Source: Escherichia coli (GTDB lineage Bacteria > Pseudomonadota > Gammaproteobacteria > Enterobacterales > Enterobacteriaceae). From it: a stretch of 64,000 nucleotides of DNA. Position 1 is the first letter of the stretch; every line of letters starts with the position of its first letter. The notes under the pieces were generated by a model. It searched no databases. It worked only from the letters and a program-made list of their open reading frames with translations, and was not told the origin of the DNA. A program made the translations under genes and the position numbers. The stretch lies in assembly GCF_024298765.1 (NCBI RefSeq), contig NZ_CP101210.1; one strand, 5' to 3'. Below, piece by piece: positions 34,495-45,266 of the stretch.

Positions 34495-37400
34495 TTATAC
34501 CGTCGCTGCGTCGGTCACAACACCCAGCTCTTCGACTATCTTTTGCAGGCGGGCGATCTGCTCTATATCCGGGAACACACCGGTAACGCCTTCGTTGTGG
34601 ATATGCGTAAAAGGCTGTTCAAAGAGCTGCCGCATTTCAATGGTGCCGTAATCGCGAATGTGGTTTTTCAGCAATGACAGGAAGCGCAGTTGTTGGCTGG
34701 TCAGACTGTTATCAGCGGCGAACTGAGCAAAGCGCACTTCCACCGCGTCGCTGTCCATCCCGATGATGGTACGCAAAAGTTTATCCAGGCTGGCAGTTGC
34801 CTGCGGATAGAACTCTTTCAGTGCCCGGATATCAACGTTGGGGTTCTGGATCAGCACCAGCTTCGCCAGCTCATCCAGCTCGTTTTGCGTGACTGGCTCA
34901 CCGTTGCGGATTTTCTTCAGCACCGGATTTTGCTGGAACAGCGGCTCCAACGCTCCCTGAACCTGCTGGCGATAGAGTTTGAAATCAATCGAGCGGATAT
35001 TAGTTTTGCGGGTCTCTGTCTGGATCAGGTTCGCATCTTCGGTAATATCTACCTGTATCGAACCAAATTTTGGCGTCGCGTCTTTTTCCATCAGGTGCAT
35101 GATGCCGCGCAGATGAATGCGGATATCTTCCAGCTCTTCCAGGCTGGCCTGCTTCCACCAGCCTAAATCACGAAGCTGATTGATCCGCGGTCCTTGCTGT
35201 TGGACCTGCGCCAAATGCGGCGGCAGGCGCTCCACTTTTTCGACGATGACCGGCCAGAGCACATCCAGCTCTTCCGGGTTGGTATAACGGGCAGTTTGCG
35301 CCGCCAGAATATCCATATCAAAGCGCATAGCGTCGCTTTGCCCGCGCACGTCCAGCCACTGCATCAGCGGGGCCAGGACAGATAGCAAATCCTGCTGTGT
35401 TTTCGGGGAAAGCTGGCGCAGCACTTTTTCATCGCTGTACTGCGCTTTTTGATGCCACTTTTCCTGGACGGCAATCGACTTTTCATCCAGTGCATTGATT
35501 TGCTCGCGTAGCTGGTGAGCAACTAAATCCACCGCCTGTTTGTCGAATTTACGTTGCGCAGCGGCCCCCAGCATAACCCACGCTTCGAAGCGTTTTTGTG
35601 CAAGCGATTTTGTCGCTGTGACTTCGGCCTCTTCGGTATGCAGTTCGTGATACTCAAAATTGCCCCAGTGATCGAAAATGCGGAATTTCTGTTTATCCAG
35701 AGGTTTGCCGTTATCGTCGTAACCGTACAACCCCGGACAGAGGCGCGTACCACGGCCAATCATCTGCCAGAACTTCACTTTTGATTTGACCGGTTTGGCA
35801 AAGACCAGATTCACAATTTCCGGGACATCAATACCGGTATCGAGCATGTCAACGGAGATAGCGATGGTCAGCTCTTTGTTGGTGCTTTCATCCAGCCCTT
35901 TAAAATCATCAATCAGTTGCTCGGCGCGGGGATCGTAATTGTCGATGACCTGGCAGAAGCGCCCGGCAAACTGCGGGTACATATCGTCGAATAATTCATT
36001 CAACAGCAGCGCGTGTTTGTGGTTACGGGCGAAAATGATGGTTTTACCTGGCAACTGGCCGTCCCGATCTTTCAGGCCATTTTCCATCAGGTTACGCAGG
36101 ATATAGCGGTTGGTGTCTTTGTTGTAGATCGCCTCATCCAGCGCCTTGCCATCAAACTCCAGCGTATTGGGATCTATGCCTTGTTCTTCCAGCTCGCGGA
36201 TTTGTGCGTCGCTTAATTTCTCCCGTTTGATGCCTTCGCGCAGGAATTCTGTGGTGTGCGTGACAACCTCATAGGGAACCAGATTGTTATCGGCGATGGC
36301 ATCTTCCAGGCTGTAGTTGGCGGTAGGAATACGTCCTTCACAACCAAACAGGCCGAAAGTGGTTTTACTCACCATGTCAATCGGCGTGGCCGTCAGGCCA
36401 ATCTGGAGGGCATCAAAATACTTAAACAGATCGCCGTAAACGTTGTAGATAGAGCGATGGGATTCATCGGCGATGATCAAATCGAAATAACCAACATCGA
36501 AATGGTCCATGATTTTCATCATACCAGGATAGGTGGCGATGTAGATCCTAGCATTCTGCCTGTCTGCTTTTTTCGATTTCCCGACCACATACAGCGGCTC
36601 ATTGGTGAATTGATTAAAGGCATTCGCCGCCTGTTTACGTAGTTCCTTGCGGTCGCAAAGAAACAGGACGCGTTTTACCCAGCGGGCATCAATCATCAGT
36701 TTGCTTAGCGCTATTGCCACGCGGGTTTTGCCTGTACCCGTAGCCTGAACAATTAGCGATTGCCGGTATTTGTTGGTAAACCGCTCGCTGACACGGGCAA
36801 TGGTTTCAAGCTGGTACAAACGTCCGGCAACGGCCTTACCTTCGTTATCTTTTACGTGCGGCACACTGTTCAGCGGAAGACGGGTTTCACGCTGTTGAAT
36901 AAGATATTGCAGGCTTTCCTTGCTGTAGAAGCCAAACACCCGACGCGGGGGATAACCATGAGTTTTATGGTCATCCCACAGCCAGATATCATAGCCGTTG
37001 GTGTAGAAGATGATCGGACGCTGGCCGTATTCTTTTTCCAGCCAGTCTGCATACAGCCGGGCCTGAATTCGTCCTTGCTCGGCATTGACGCTGGTTTTTT
37101 TTGCTTCCACCACCGCCAGCGGTTTGTGTGCCTCATCCCACAAGACATAGTCCGCATAACCGTCTCCGGTCGCGGTAGGTTGTTCTTTAACGGGATGTTC
37201 CTGCGTAACCTGATCGGTATTTTTAAGGCCTTCGCCTACATTCCAGTCAGCAGCAAGCAGGCGAGAGTCAATCAGGCGACGGCGGGTTTCCGCTTCATCA
37301 ATAGAGAGAATATCGGCAACATGCTGGTTACGCGCTCTGGCTTCATTCAGGCGTTGAGTGAGGTGTTCGGCCTTTTCCTGTTCTTGCTGTAGTGCGCGTT

Positions 37401-37911
37401 GCAGCGCCAGTTCGCGCTCACGGCTTTCATCCTGAGCCCTGATTGCATCTTCCAGACGTTTTTCATCTGCACGACCTGAAGATTGTGTTAATGGAGGGAG
37501 TGTAAATTTGGGGCAGTCATCAACATTACCGTGGGCGTAGCGAACATACAGCCAAATTCCCAACAAATACGCTTCTTTGAGCAGCCAGTAAGTATCTTTA
37601 GCTTTGATACGTCCGCCGTGCGCGGCACGGTTGCCATGGATACGCAGCGCATCCATTTTCATGATGATGGCTTCCGGCATCATGCTGGTAAAGACATCAG
37701 CATTCATTAAATCGTAAAGATTAGCCTTAATACCTTCCGGCAACCGCTCCTGACGATACAACCAGCGCACCATCAATTCGGTGTAGTTGCGCAGCTTGAC
37801 CAGACAGCTTTCCGGATCGGAGTGAACATAGCGTTCCGCCATACACGCGAGTTCAGCCAGTTCCGGCCACTGGCTGCGCAACATTTCAAAATTGAGAGAC
37901 TGCTCCATCAA
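34495..37911 (-). CDS. hsdR: type I restriction enzyme endonuclease/helicase subunit HsdR
   Basis: 1138-aa ORF; PD-(D/E)xK-like segment (DYVLWD...VVEAKK), SF2 helicase motifs (ATGTGKT, DESH); upstream of hsdM on same strand. Confidence 0.9.
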   Translation of the reverse strand: MMEQSLNFEMLRSQWPELAELACMAERYVHSDPESCLVKLRNYTELMVRWLYRQERLPEGIKANLYDLMNADVFTSMMPEAIIMKMDALRIHGNRAAHGGRIKAKDTYWLLKEAYLLGIWLYVRYAHGNVDDCPKFTLPPLTQSSGRADEKRLEDAIRAQDESRERELALQRALQQEQEKAEHLTQRLNEARARNQHVADILSIDEAETRRRLIDSRLLAADWNVGEGLKNTDQVTQEHPVKEQPTATGDGYADYVLWDEAHKPLAVVEAKKTSVNAEQGRIQARLYADWLEKEYGQRPIIFYTNGYDIWLWDDHKTHGYPPRRVFGFYSKESLQYLIQQRETRLPLNSVPHVKDNEGKAVAGRLYQLETIARVSERFTNKYRQSLIVQATGTGKTRVAIALSKLMIDARWVKRVLFLCDRKELRKQAANAFNQFTNEPLYVVGKSKKADRQNARIYIATYPGMMKIMDHFDVGYFDLIIADESHRSIYNVYGDLFKYFDALQIGLTATPIDMVSKTTFGLFGCEGRIPTANYSLEDAIADNNLVPYEVVTHTTEFLREGIKREKLSDAQIRELEEQGIDPNTLEFDGKALDEAIYNKDTNRYILRNLMENGLKDRDGQLPGKTIIFARNHKHALLLNELFDDMYPQFAGRFCQVIDNYDPRAEQLIDDFKGLDESTNKELTIAISVDMLDTGIDVPEIVNLVFAKPVKSKVKFWQMIGRGTRLCPGLYGYDDNGKPLDKQKFRIFDHWGNFEYHELHTEEAEVTATKSLAQKRFEAWVMLGAAAQRKFDKQAVDLVAHQLREQINALDEKSIAVQEKWHQKAQYSDEKVLRQLSPKTQQDLLSVLAPLMQWLDVRGQSDAMRFDMDILAAQTARYTNPEELDVLWPVIVEKVERLPPHLAQVQQQGPRINQLRDLGWWKQASLEELEDIRIHLRGIMHLMEKDATPKFGSIQVDITEDANLIQTETRKTNIRSIDFKLYRQQVQGALEPLFQQNPVLKKIRNGEPVTQNELDELAKLVLIQNPNVDIRALKEFYPQATASLDKLLRTIIGMDSDAVEVRFAQFAADNSLTSQQLRFLSLLKNHIRDYGTIEMRQLFEQPFTHIHNEGVTGVFPDIEQIARLQKIVEELGVVTDAATV

Positions 37912-38004
37912 TCATCGCCTTATGTCGTGGATACAACAGCATTTCTGGAAAGAATATCACACTAATTTGGCCGACGAAGTGAGCCGGAAAGGGCGGAATT
38001 ACCA

Positions 38005-38337
38005 TTAATTCTCATATTTAAAGTCGATGTTTATTTTGAGTGTTTCAATATTCACAGTGACTTCGCAACCATGCCAGAATGGCTTTTCTTGTGATTTAAA
38101 GTTATCCACAAACAAATTTCTTAGTTCCACCAAAAGATCTAAAAGTCTTTCACTGGCATCTGCGGTTTCAGTGATCCAATGTTGATTGCCCTGTTTATCT
38201 ACATAGTCATAAGTAAACTCACCACAGTCGCTTTCCGGTTCTAACTTTGCACACAGAATGATTTTGACTGCATCACTAGGAGTGATCGATAGCAACACCG
38301 AACCAATGTCATTATAAATATCCTGATCAGAACGCAT
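38005..38337 (-). CDS. cdiI: putative CdiI immunity protein for the adjacent CdiA-CT toxin
   Basis: 110-aa ORF whose ATG overlaps the cdiA stop (TAATG); position immediately downstream of a VENN-delimited CdiA-CT. Confidence 0.6.
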   Translation of the reverse strand: MRSDQDIYNDIGSVLLSITPSDAVKIILCAKLEPESDCGEFTYDYVDKQGNQHWITETADASERLLDLLVELRNLFVDNFKSQEKPFWHGCEVTVNIETLKINIDFKYEN

Positions 38338-41300
38338 TATTTACCTCCGGGTGCATTGTTAAATACTTTTTCAATCGGGCGACCTCCATCTATCGAATAT
38401 ACTACTTTAAATTTAGCAGGTCTGACACTATCCCCAATATACGATGGCTGAATGTTGACCTTAACCTCTTTTCCTTCACCCAATGCTTTTGCCCAAGTAT
38501 TTTCCATCTGCTTCCAGGCTCCTTTGTTCAGATTTCCATCCATTGGAACAAGGTTCAATTTTTCACCAGGACCATTAAAAATACTGGCTATTAAATGACC
38601 ACCCTCATCTCCATCAAGGCCACACTTACCTGCTTTACATTGTTGATAGCCATTTCTATCCTTTACATTAGGACTAAGAGTTGCTTCAACCTGGCTTGGC
38701 CTTGCCTGAGCATCAGTTTTATAAATTTTATCACCATCTACATGATAAACTTTATTCGGCTGTGGGTTATTTAGCTCTTTGCTCCAGTTCCCTTTACCAC
38801 CTGAGTCTAGCATCAGCTTTTCAAGTGACTCCGCACTGATTTTCTGACCTGTCTGTTTTTCAACAGCCATTAGAGCCTTCAACTCTGACAACTCGCTGGC
38901 AGACATTTTACCAACCGCCGCTACTGTCAGGCCCGCTGGAAGAGCATCGCCAGCGACCATTTCCGCAACCCAGATACTAACTTCATTTGCACACAGCACA
39001 GTATTCGCACCACAGGCACTGACTGCTGCCTGGGCGGCTGCAATTGCTTCCGGAGTCAGAGCAATCACTACCCCACCTGTAGCCCCCCCAACAAGCGCTG
39101 CTGCAATCGCTTTGTTTACAGCCTCACCGCGTTTACATTCAGCCCCGCCAGGGTTAGTCGAGCAGGACGCAATATCTTTGCCATGCTCCTGCACGAACTT
39201 GGTCTGAGTGTCTTCATTACCACCCAGCAGGTTATTCTCAACAACATTCTTCCCAGCAGCAGCTCCGGTAGCCACACCCGCAGTATTCCCACCTGCAACA
39301 CCACCCGCCATACCTGCTGAGATACTCGCCAGCGTACTTAGCGTCTGCTTCTGGTCCTCGGTCAGCTTCGACAGGTCTTTCTCATCCGGATATAAAACCT
39401 TCGCGATTGCACCTGCGATAAGTTCACCGCTCACCGCACCGACTGAACCTGCTGCGGCATTATTTCCCTGAAGAGCCGCAGTCACACCGCCGAGAATGGC
39501 ATGAGCAATGGCTTTCGCTGCATCGTTATCATTAATTCCAGCATTGTGCCCTATGAAGTTTGCCAGTTCCGGTGCAGAAGCTCCGGCCAGAGCACCCGCT
39601 AAATTCCCCCCAGCCAGTCCCTGAAGCGCGGCTGTCGCGGCCTGGATACCCCGCTGCATATCGCTACCGGTACCATACTTTTCCTGTTCCTTTTTGTATT
39701 CCGGCGTATCACGCAGTTTTGCCAGATATGCCTGCCGCTGTTCTTCCGTCGTATCCGCCGGAACAGGCCCATATTTATCCTGCGCAGCCTTCAACGCATT
39801 CAGTTCACCCTGCGTCCGCGCGATATCCGCCACCTGACTGCCTATGTCACTGATAAGCCCCACTGTCTGCAGACGCCTCTGCTCTTTCTCCTTGTCAAAT
39901 ATCGGGCTGATACTGTCGTTGGCGTGTTCCGGGTCACGGCTCAGGTTCGCCAGATTCTGCTTCTGATTGTCCCTGTCCCGGATGGTGATAGTGCCTTCTG
40001 CCACTGCGGCCTGAGTCGTTCCTTCCGCATGTCCGCTGTGACCTCCGGCGGATATCATGCCACCCGGCATGTTACCCTGAAATTTATCCCCGAAGCTGCC
40101 ACCACCGCTCAGACTGATTCCACTGTGACTGACTTTATAATCCGCTTCGTTGTGAAGGTCACTGAACCCCAGCGTTCCGGTATCCAGGTGGTTTTTATCC
40201 GGTGTGGCAGTGGAGGCAATCACCGCACCATCCAGTTGGGTATGTTTACCCACTGTGATGTCGAAGCCGCCGTCACCGGCAAACATTCCGGTTTGTTCAG
40301 CAACGGAGTCAAAGCGGCTCTTCATCTTATCCCGGGAGGCAGCGATGTAACCTGAGCCGGTCATGGAGCCAAAGGTAAAACTGCCGCCGGCAGCCACGCT
40401 GGTCTGTTTACTGTCGTACTTACTGGTGTCCTGCTGGCTGCTTATCAGCAGGTCGTGGCCCACATCGGCGATAATCCTGTTGCCGTTGACCTGAGCACCG
40501 TTCAGTACCGTATCCCGACCACTGTTGATGGTGACGGTTTTACCGCTGTCTATTGTGGTTTCAGTCCACTCAGTACCGTTACCTTTCTCGCTGCCTTTTG
40601 CCGCATTAACGCTGGCAAAGACACTGATACCGGCACCGTTACCACCGGCACCGATACTGACACCCACGCCACCGCCACTGCTGCTGTTCCTGCCCGTTGT
40701 TTTTTGTGTGTTTGCCGCGCCACTCAACAGAACATCATTCGCAGCATCCAGGTTTGTGTTACCACCGGCCTTAAGCTGGCTTCCGGCAATCACAATATCT
40801 CCGCGGTTATCGCCCCTGTTTTTACCGGTTGCGACAACAGACAGATTATTCCCGGCATTCAGCGTACTGCCGGATACTGTGTCACTTTCAGAATGTTGTT
40901 GTGATTTCGATTTCTGGGTGGTGAGCGACAGGCTGACTCCCATCGCATTCGGGTCACCGGTTGCGGAGGCCATTGCCGCAGCCTGTCCGGCCTGCACACC
41001 AGACAGCGCTGTCTTTGTAGCCTGCAGGGTTTTCAGACGGCTGTCACTGCTCTCCTTCGTCTCCTGTGCACTGGTGACCGCATTATTGATGGCACTGCCC
41101 ACTGTGCCGGAAAGGGCAACCGTCAGCCCGCTTTTCTTCTGCTCAAATTTTTCGTCCACAGTACGACGGTCATGCCCCGGGTCAACCACCACACTGTCAC
41201 CGGTAATGCTGATATCCCGGTTCGCAATCACATCCGAACCGCTGATATGAGCCTGTTTGCCCGCGGTAATACTGACATTACCGGCAGTGGAGCCGATGGT

Positions 41301-41801
41301 ACTGGCACTCTGACTCTGCGTTGTCCCGGCCTCGCGGCGGTCGTGCGTTGTCTTACTGCTGCCAATGGTGAAGCCAATACCGCCGGTACCCATCAGACCG
41401 GATTTCTTCGTTTCCTTAAAGCGCCAGGACGTATCTGTACTGGTGGCAGCAAGAACATCAACATGGTTACCCGCCGCCAGTGACACATCCCGGTCAGCCA
41501 CCACATCCGAACCCTCTACCGTCAGGTTATCACCGGCGTTAACGGTCACGCGGTTCCCCGACAGCAGGGAGCCTGCTTCACGGGAGGCACTGTTCTCACT
41601 GATGGTGTGGGTGGTTTTCTTACTGAGAAAACCTCCGCTTTTTTTCTTCGTTTCCAGATAGTGATAGTCACTTTCTGTCGCCGTGGTCAGGGCGACATCA
41701 CGACCGGCATTCACACTGATATTGCCGGTTGCGGTAACGGATGACGCAACAGCGGTGATACGCATACTGAAGAGCATTCCGTATAAAGATTCAGCTGGCA
41801 A
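38337..41801 (-). CDS. cdiA: 5-prime-truncated contact-dependent inhibition toxin CdiA fragment (FHA-repeat region, pretoxin VENN, variable CT toxin domain)
   Basis: 1154-aa ORF rich in Gly/Ser/Thr beta-helical repeats; VENN motif ([11 protein letters not shown]) encoded at 39231..39242; about 298-aa CT after VENN; no TPS domain or cdiB upstream. Confidence 0.8.
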   Translation of the reverse strand: MPAESLYGMLFSMRITAVASSVTATGNISVNAGRDVALTTATESDYHYLETKKKSGGFLSKKTTHTISENSASREAGSLLSGNRVTVNAGDNLTVEGSDVVADRDVSLAAGNHVDVLAATSTDTSWRFKETKKSGLMGTGGIGFTIGSSKTTHDRREAGTTQSQSASTIGSTAGNVSITAGKQAHISGSDVIANRDISITGDSVVVDPGHDRRTVDEKFEQKKSGLTVALSGTVGSAINNAVTSAQETKESSDSRLKTLQATKTALSGVQAGQAAAMASATGDPNAMGVSLSLTTQKSKSQQHSESDTVSGSTLNAGNNLSVVATGKNRGDNRGDIVIAGSQLKAGGNTNLDAANDVLLSGAANTQKTTGRNSSSGGGVGVSIGAGGNGAGISVFASVNAAKGSEKGNGTEWTETTIDSGKTVTINSGRDTVLNGAQVNGNRIIADVGHDLLISSQQDTSKYDSKQTSVAAGGSFTFGSMTGSGYIAASRDKMKSRFDSVAEQTGMFAGDGGFDITVGKHTQLDGAVIASTATPDKNHLDTGTLGFSDLHNEADYKVSHSGISLSGGGSFGDKFQGNMPGGMISAGGHSGHAEGTTQAAVAEGTITIRDRDNQKQNLANLSRDPEHANDSISPIFDKEKEQRRLQTVGLISDIGSQVADIARTQGELNALKAAQDKYGPVPADTTEEQRQAYLAKLRDTPEYKKEQEKYGTGSDMQRGIQAATAALQGLAGGNLAGALAGASAPELANFIGHNAGINDNDAAKAIAHAILGGVTAALQGNNAAAGSVGAVSGELIAGAIAKVLYPDEKDLSKLTEDQKQTLSTLASISAGMAGGVAGGNTAGVATGAAAGKNVVENNLLGGNEDTQTKFVQEHGKDIASCSTNPGGAECKRGEAVNKAIAAALVGGATGGVVIALTPEAIAAAQAAVSACGANTVLCANEVSIWVAEMVAGDALPAGLTVAAVGKMSASELSELKALMAVEKQTGQKISAESLEKLMLDSGGKGNWSKELNNPQPNKVYHVDGDKIYKTDAQARPSQVEATLSPNVKDRNGYQQCKAGKCGLDGDEGGHLIASIFNGPGEKLNLVPMDGNLNKGAWKQMENTWAKALGEGKEVKVNIQPSYIGDSVRPAKFKVVYSIDGGRPIEKVFNNAPGGK

Positions 41802-42032
41802 AACTTTATCAGTCCATAAAAATCAACGGAAGCGCAGATGGTTCACACGTCCATTACCAACTGATTGTTGTCACAACCGGTAACACAAAGTACTGAACGA
41901 CTGTTTTTAACAGCGGTGTTGCGTCATCCACCACCGTGAAACAACGCTGTGCAGGGAATCGTCCGCATCCCCATAACGGTCAAACATCGTGGCGTTGACA
42001 GAATGACCGACGAAAAGCCAGAAAGCGCTGAT

Positions 42033-42581
42033 TCACTGAGCTGTAATCAATGTACAGCGCTGTACCGGACGATGGGTAATGGCGGTCACAACCGGTAACC
42101 CCAGAGACAATGCGACTGTTTTTAACGCAACATACTGACCGGATGTATCACCCCGGGCAACCCGAAAACACCTTTCCACCCGGCATTGTCCGCCAGCACT
42201 TATCACCTGCCAGCTATGTTGCAGTAAATCCACCACTTGCGAACATTGTTCATCAACTGTGACACAGGCTCGCGGGTGACAAATACTCGTCTGGCTGAGC
42301 AGCAACAGGCATCGAATTGTTGCTCCTCCATGTTGTTCCCGCAACCAGCGTAATACCACCGACGATGATGGACTGGCAGTGTGATTGCTCTCAGTAATAC
42401 GTTCATGCAGTTGTCGATAAAAGGAAGTACAGAATGCATGAATCTGTTGCCCGTTGATATTTCCTTCTGCCGAATGGAGTGTGAAGTAAAATGCCAGCAA
42501 ATGCGGCCAGTGGTCCACCGCCTGCTGAACAAAACGCCGGATGTCTCCCGGCTCTGAAATTAAGGCTTCGGTTATTTGCAC
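42033..42581 (-). CDS. YfjJ/YagK (inovirus Gp2-like) family protein, possibly degenerate
   Basis: 182-aa ORF; pattern ...RWLREQHGG..IRCLLLLSQ... parallels ...FWCREFGKMYGRKHYHVILLLNKD... of the paralogue at 61862..62593. Confidence 0.4.
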   Translation of the reverse strand: MQITEALISEPGDIRRFVQQAVDHWPHLLAFYFTLHSAEGNINGQQIHAFCTSFYRQLHERITESNHTASPSSSVVLRWLREQHGGATIRCLLLLSQTSICHPRACVTVDEQCSQVVDLLQHSWQVISAGGQCRVERCFRVARGDTSGQYVALKTVALSLGLPVVTAITHRPVQRCTLITAQ

Positions 42582-43026
42582 GAAATGTTCCTTTTCAAAC
42601 CCTGTTGGATTTTGTCAAGACGGTACAGACACAGTAAAGCGCGCATCAACACCTGAAAGGTACGATACAAACACAAGTTACAAACAATAAGAACGGAAGG
42701 ACAATTAATCAGTGAGGAATAATAACTAAATTAACCAAAAGAATGTTACTGACAATACCACCAATACTTAAATAGCAATATATTAATTAATGTAAGAACA
42801 GATGCCCGGTAAGACATATACACAATACATCCACAAACACACTCTTTTCATTAAATAAATCACCTGATTAAACCATGAAAGTGTGATGTAAGTCAAAATT
42901 ACTGACACAATCAATTGATAATGATTATCTCTATCATTATCGTGAAATTCGAGAATGAAAGGAGAAGTAGTCATTATAAGTCTTTTATAAATCGTCATCA
43001 TCATAGTAAAGTAGAACACTTTTTAT

Positions 43027-43485
43027 ATGAGTTACTATATGAAAATATACTGGACAAGAAAAAACATTCCTGAACTTTCAGCACTTCCACCTTCATTAAG
43101 AAAGAAAAATTTTACTGACGCATATAATGCTGCATCTTCCCATATCGAATACTGGATAGGTGCTGGCGTCTCATTTATCTCGATGATGATTTTATTCAAA
43201 GTATATGACTTTCTTTTACCCGCCCAAGATACTTTCCCGGGTGATATCATAAGAAGTTTATGTGTTGTGTGTCCATCCATATTAATCTGGTTTCAGTTTT
43301 CGGTATATGTCATGAGGAAATATTACAGACATATTCTGGAACGAGGTAAGGAAACCGAAACCATTTCAGAAAGGTTGATACGTGAGGCTGATACACGAGA
43401 ATATGAATTATGGCGTCCGGCCCATCGCTTTTTCTCCATTATTCTATTAGTTTGCATTCATTCACTGATAACAACTATAAAATAA
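43027..43485 (+). CDS. hypothetical small membrane protein at edge of microcin cluster
   Basis: 152-aa ORF with 2-3 hydrophobic helices; no recognizable family. Confidence 0.4.
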   Translation: MSYYMKIYWTRKNIPELSALPPSLRKKNFTDAYNAASSHIEYWIGAGVSFISMMILFKVYDFLLPAQDTFPGDIIRSLCVVCPSILIWFQFSVYVMRKYYRHILERGKETETISERLIREADTREYELWRPAHRFFSIILLVCIHSLITTIK

Positions 43486-43584
43486 AAGTTATGGCTGTTC
43501 TGATACAGGAAAATAAACGTTCATTCTATGGTTACCTCTTCCTGTTATATAAAAGAATTTTAAACAACAAGTAAGGGAATATAA

Positions 43585-44271
43585 ATGGAAATAACAAAAA
43601 ATAAAAATGCAACTATAAAAAAACAGTCATCAGCCGGCTGCTTTTCAATGTTTACTTTATCATTTTCCATTACCTTTATTCCTGCATTTCTTACAAACAG
43701 GCAGGAACTTATATCCAGGGGGCTTCTTGTTCCAGCATTATTTCTTGCTGAATTTCTAATTCTTGTTCCACTGTATTTTATTTTCTTCCGAAAAAGAGAA
43801 GGATTAGGAAGAGGTTCTTTTCGACTGGATGTTTTTTTTACTCTTTTCTCTTTAATAATGATTATTCAGTTATTTGTCCCTTATCTGCTGGCAGTGAGGA
43901 AAACGGAAGAATGGATGATCTCGCAAATGTCTTTTTCCGGGGCCATTTTATGGATTAATATATTTTCTTCCGTACTTCTTGTTCCTGTATATGAAGAGAT
44001 TGTATTTCGAGGGTGTCTTTTTAACTCTTTTAAATTCTGGTTTAATGACAATATTTACATCTCTGCTATTGTAACATCAGTCATATTTTCTGCATTACAT
44101 CTACAATATACTGACTTTCGTACATTTTTGATGCTCTTTCTGATATCGTTAGTTCTTATCAGTGCAAAAATAAAGTCGAATGGCCTGTTAATGCCCATAT
44201 TACTTCACATGGCGATGAATGCAGTCATAACAGGAATACAATATACGTTACAATATCACATAACAGTCTGA
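43585..44271 (+). CDS. CPBP-family (CAAX protease/Abi) intramembrane protein, MceF/McmM-like microcin accessory protein
   Basis: 228-aa polytopic ORF with CPBP motifs EEIVFRG, FSALH and HMAMN; such genes accompany class II bacteriocin/microcin loci. Confidence 0.7.
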   Translation: MEITKNKNATIKKQSSAGCFSMFTLSFSITFIPAFLTNRQELISRGLLVPALFLAEFLILVPLYFIFFRKREGLGRGSFRLDVFFTLFSLIMIIQLFVPYLLAVRKTEEWMISQMSFSGAILWINIFSSVLLVPVYEEIVFRGCLFNSFKFWFNDNIYISAIVTSVIFSALHLQYTDFRTFLMLFLISLVLISAKIKSNGLLMPILLHMAMNAVITGIQYTLQYHITV

Positions 44272-44644
44272 AATTGTTATTATGAGATATCTATAACACC
44301 TGAAGTTGGAAAAAGAAGCAAATAATTCCTTATAAGGAATCGTTTACTAATATATTTAGATGATCTCATATTTGTTTATGATATACATCTGATTAAGATA
44401 TAATGGATTATAAATTACTCAAAGGTGAACAAATATCTTCGCCTTTTCTCGTAGAAAGAGACTTGAAACTTATAATACATCTATATAAACGTGATTTAAA
44501 TCACGATTTGCAGTAAAAGCAATTGGTATAATTCATTGGTATTACTATTATTTCATCTATTGCACGAACTATTTTACAACAATAAAAAAGATATACAAAC
44601 AGCAAGAAGTAAAAATATTCGGATAAATAAAAATTTTTGCTACC

Positions 44645-44881
44645 TTGGTTTCTATAGTCTTTATTTCTAAGTTTTTCATAAGCACTCAAAGACTCATGTA
44701 TAGGGACGGTTTAATAATGAAACTATTTTTTTATTTCTCGTTGTTCTTTATAATACAACTTATAAATTCAGACTTAGACACATTAACCCTTTATCTTTTC
44801 ATAAAGAAAATAATTCTTTCGTTACTTGCGAGTGTACTGTTTTTATTTGTTTTATCTTTCTTTAATAAAAAGAGGAAATAA
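44645..44881 (+). CDS. small hydrophobic protein, candidate microcin immunity protein
   Basis: 78-aa ORF (alternative start at 44717 gives 54 aa) ending 1 nt before the microcin-like precursor gene; two predicted TM helices. Confidence 0.45.
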   Translation: MVSIVFISKFFISTQRLMYRDGLIMKLFFYFSLFFIIQLINSDLDTLTLYLFIKKIILSLLASVLFLFVLSFFNKKRK

Positions 44882-44882
44882 C

Positions 44883-45206
44883 ATGAGAAATATAACAACC
44901 GATGAACTTGCTTTAATACATGGTGCAGGATTAGATAAAGATGCATCCGTTGCAATAGGTACTGCGGCTGGTGGTTTTTTAGGTAAAGCAACAAAAATCC
45001 CTGGTGCGGATATAGCAGGAAGTGCAATTGGAGGATATATTGGAGGAGTTATTGCTGATGGTTCAAATAGGACAATAACAATACCATCAAACGGTATTAA
45101 CTATAATCCGGGTATAGGACTTGGAAGTTTTAATCCAAACTACAATGGAGGTTTATTAAACTCAGGATTTAACTCATCAACATCCTCTTCTAGTAGTGGA
45201 AGTTGA
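44883..45206 (+). CDS. double-glycine-leader class IIb (siderophore-type) microcin precursor, identity unassigned
   Basis: ORF track 44826..45206; start at ATG 44883 (RBS aagagg) gives 107 aa; leader MRNITTDELALIHGA-G parallels MchB leader; Gly-rich core; Ser-rich C-terminal tail NSSTSSSSSGS. Confidence 0.65.
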   Translation: MRNITTDELALIHGAGLDKDASVAIGTAAGGFLGKATKIPGADIAGSAIGGYIGGVIADGSNRTITIPSNGINYNPGIGLGSFNPNYNGGLLNSGFNSSTSSSSSGS

Positions 45207-45266
45207 TTAATTTCTAAAGCAGCATAGCTTATTATGCAGCAATGCTGCTTTTAGTGATATATTATC

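Noticed and set aside
36760-37392. 210-aa plus-strand ORF (and other plus-strand ORFs between 34690 and 36642)
   Set aside because: Antisense shadow ORFs inside hsdR.
39208-41661. Several 90-240-aa plus-strand ORFs with Pro/Ala/Thr-rich translations
   Set aside because: Antisense to the Gly/Ser/Thr-rich repeat region of cdiA; compositional artefacts.
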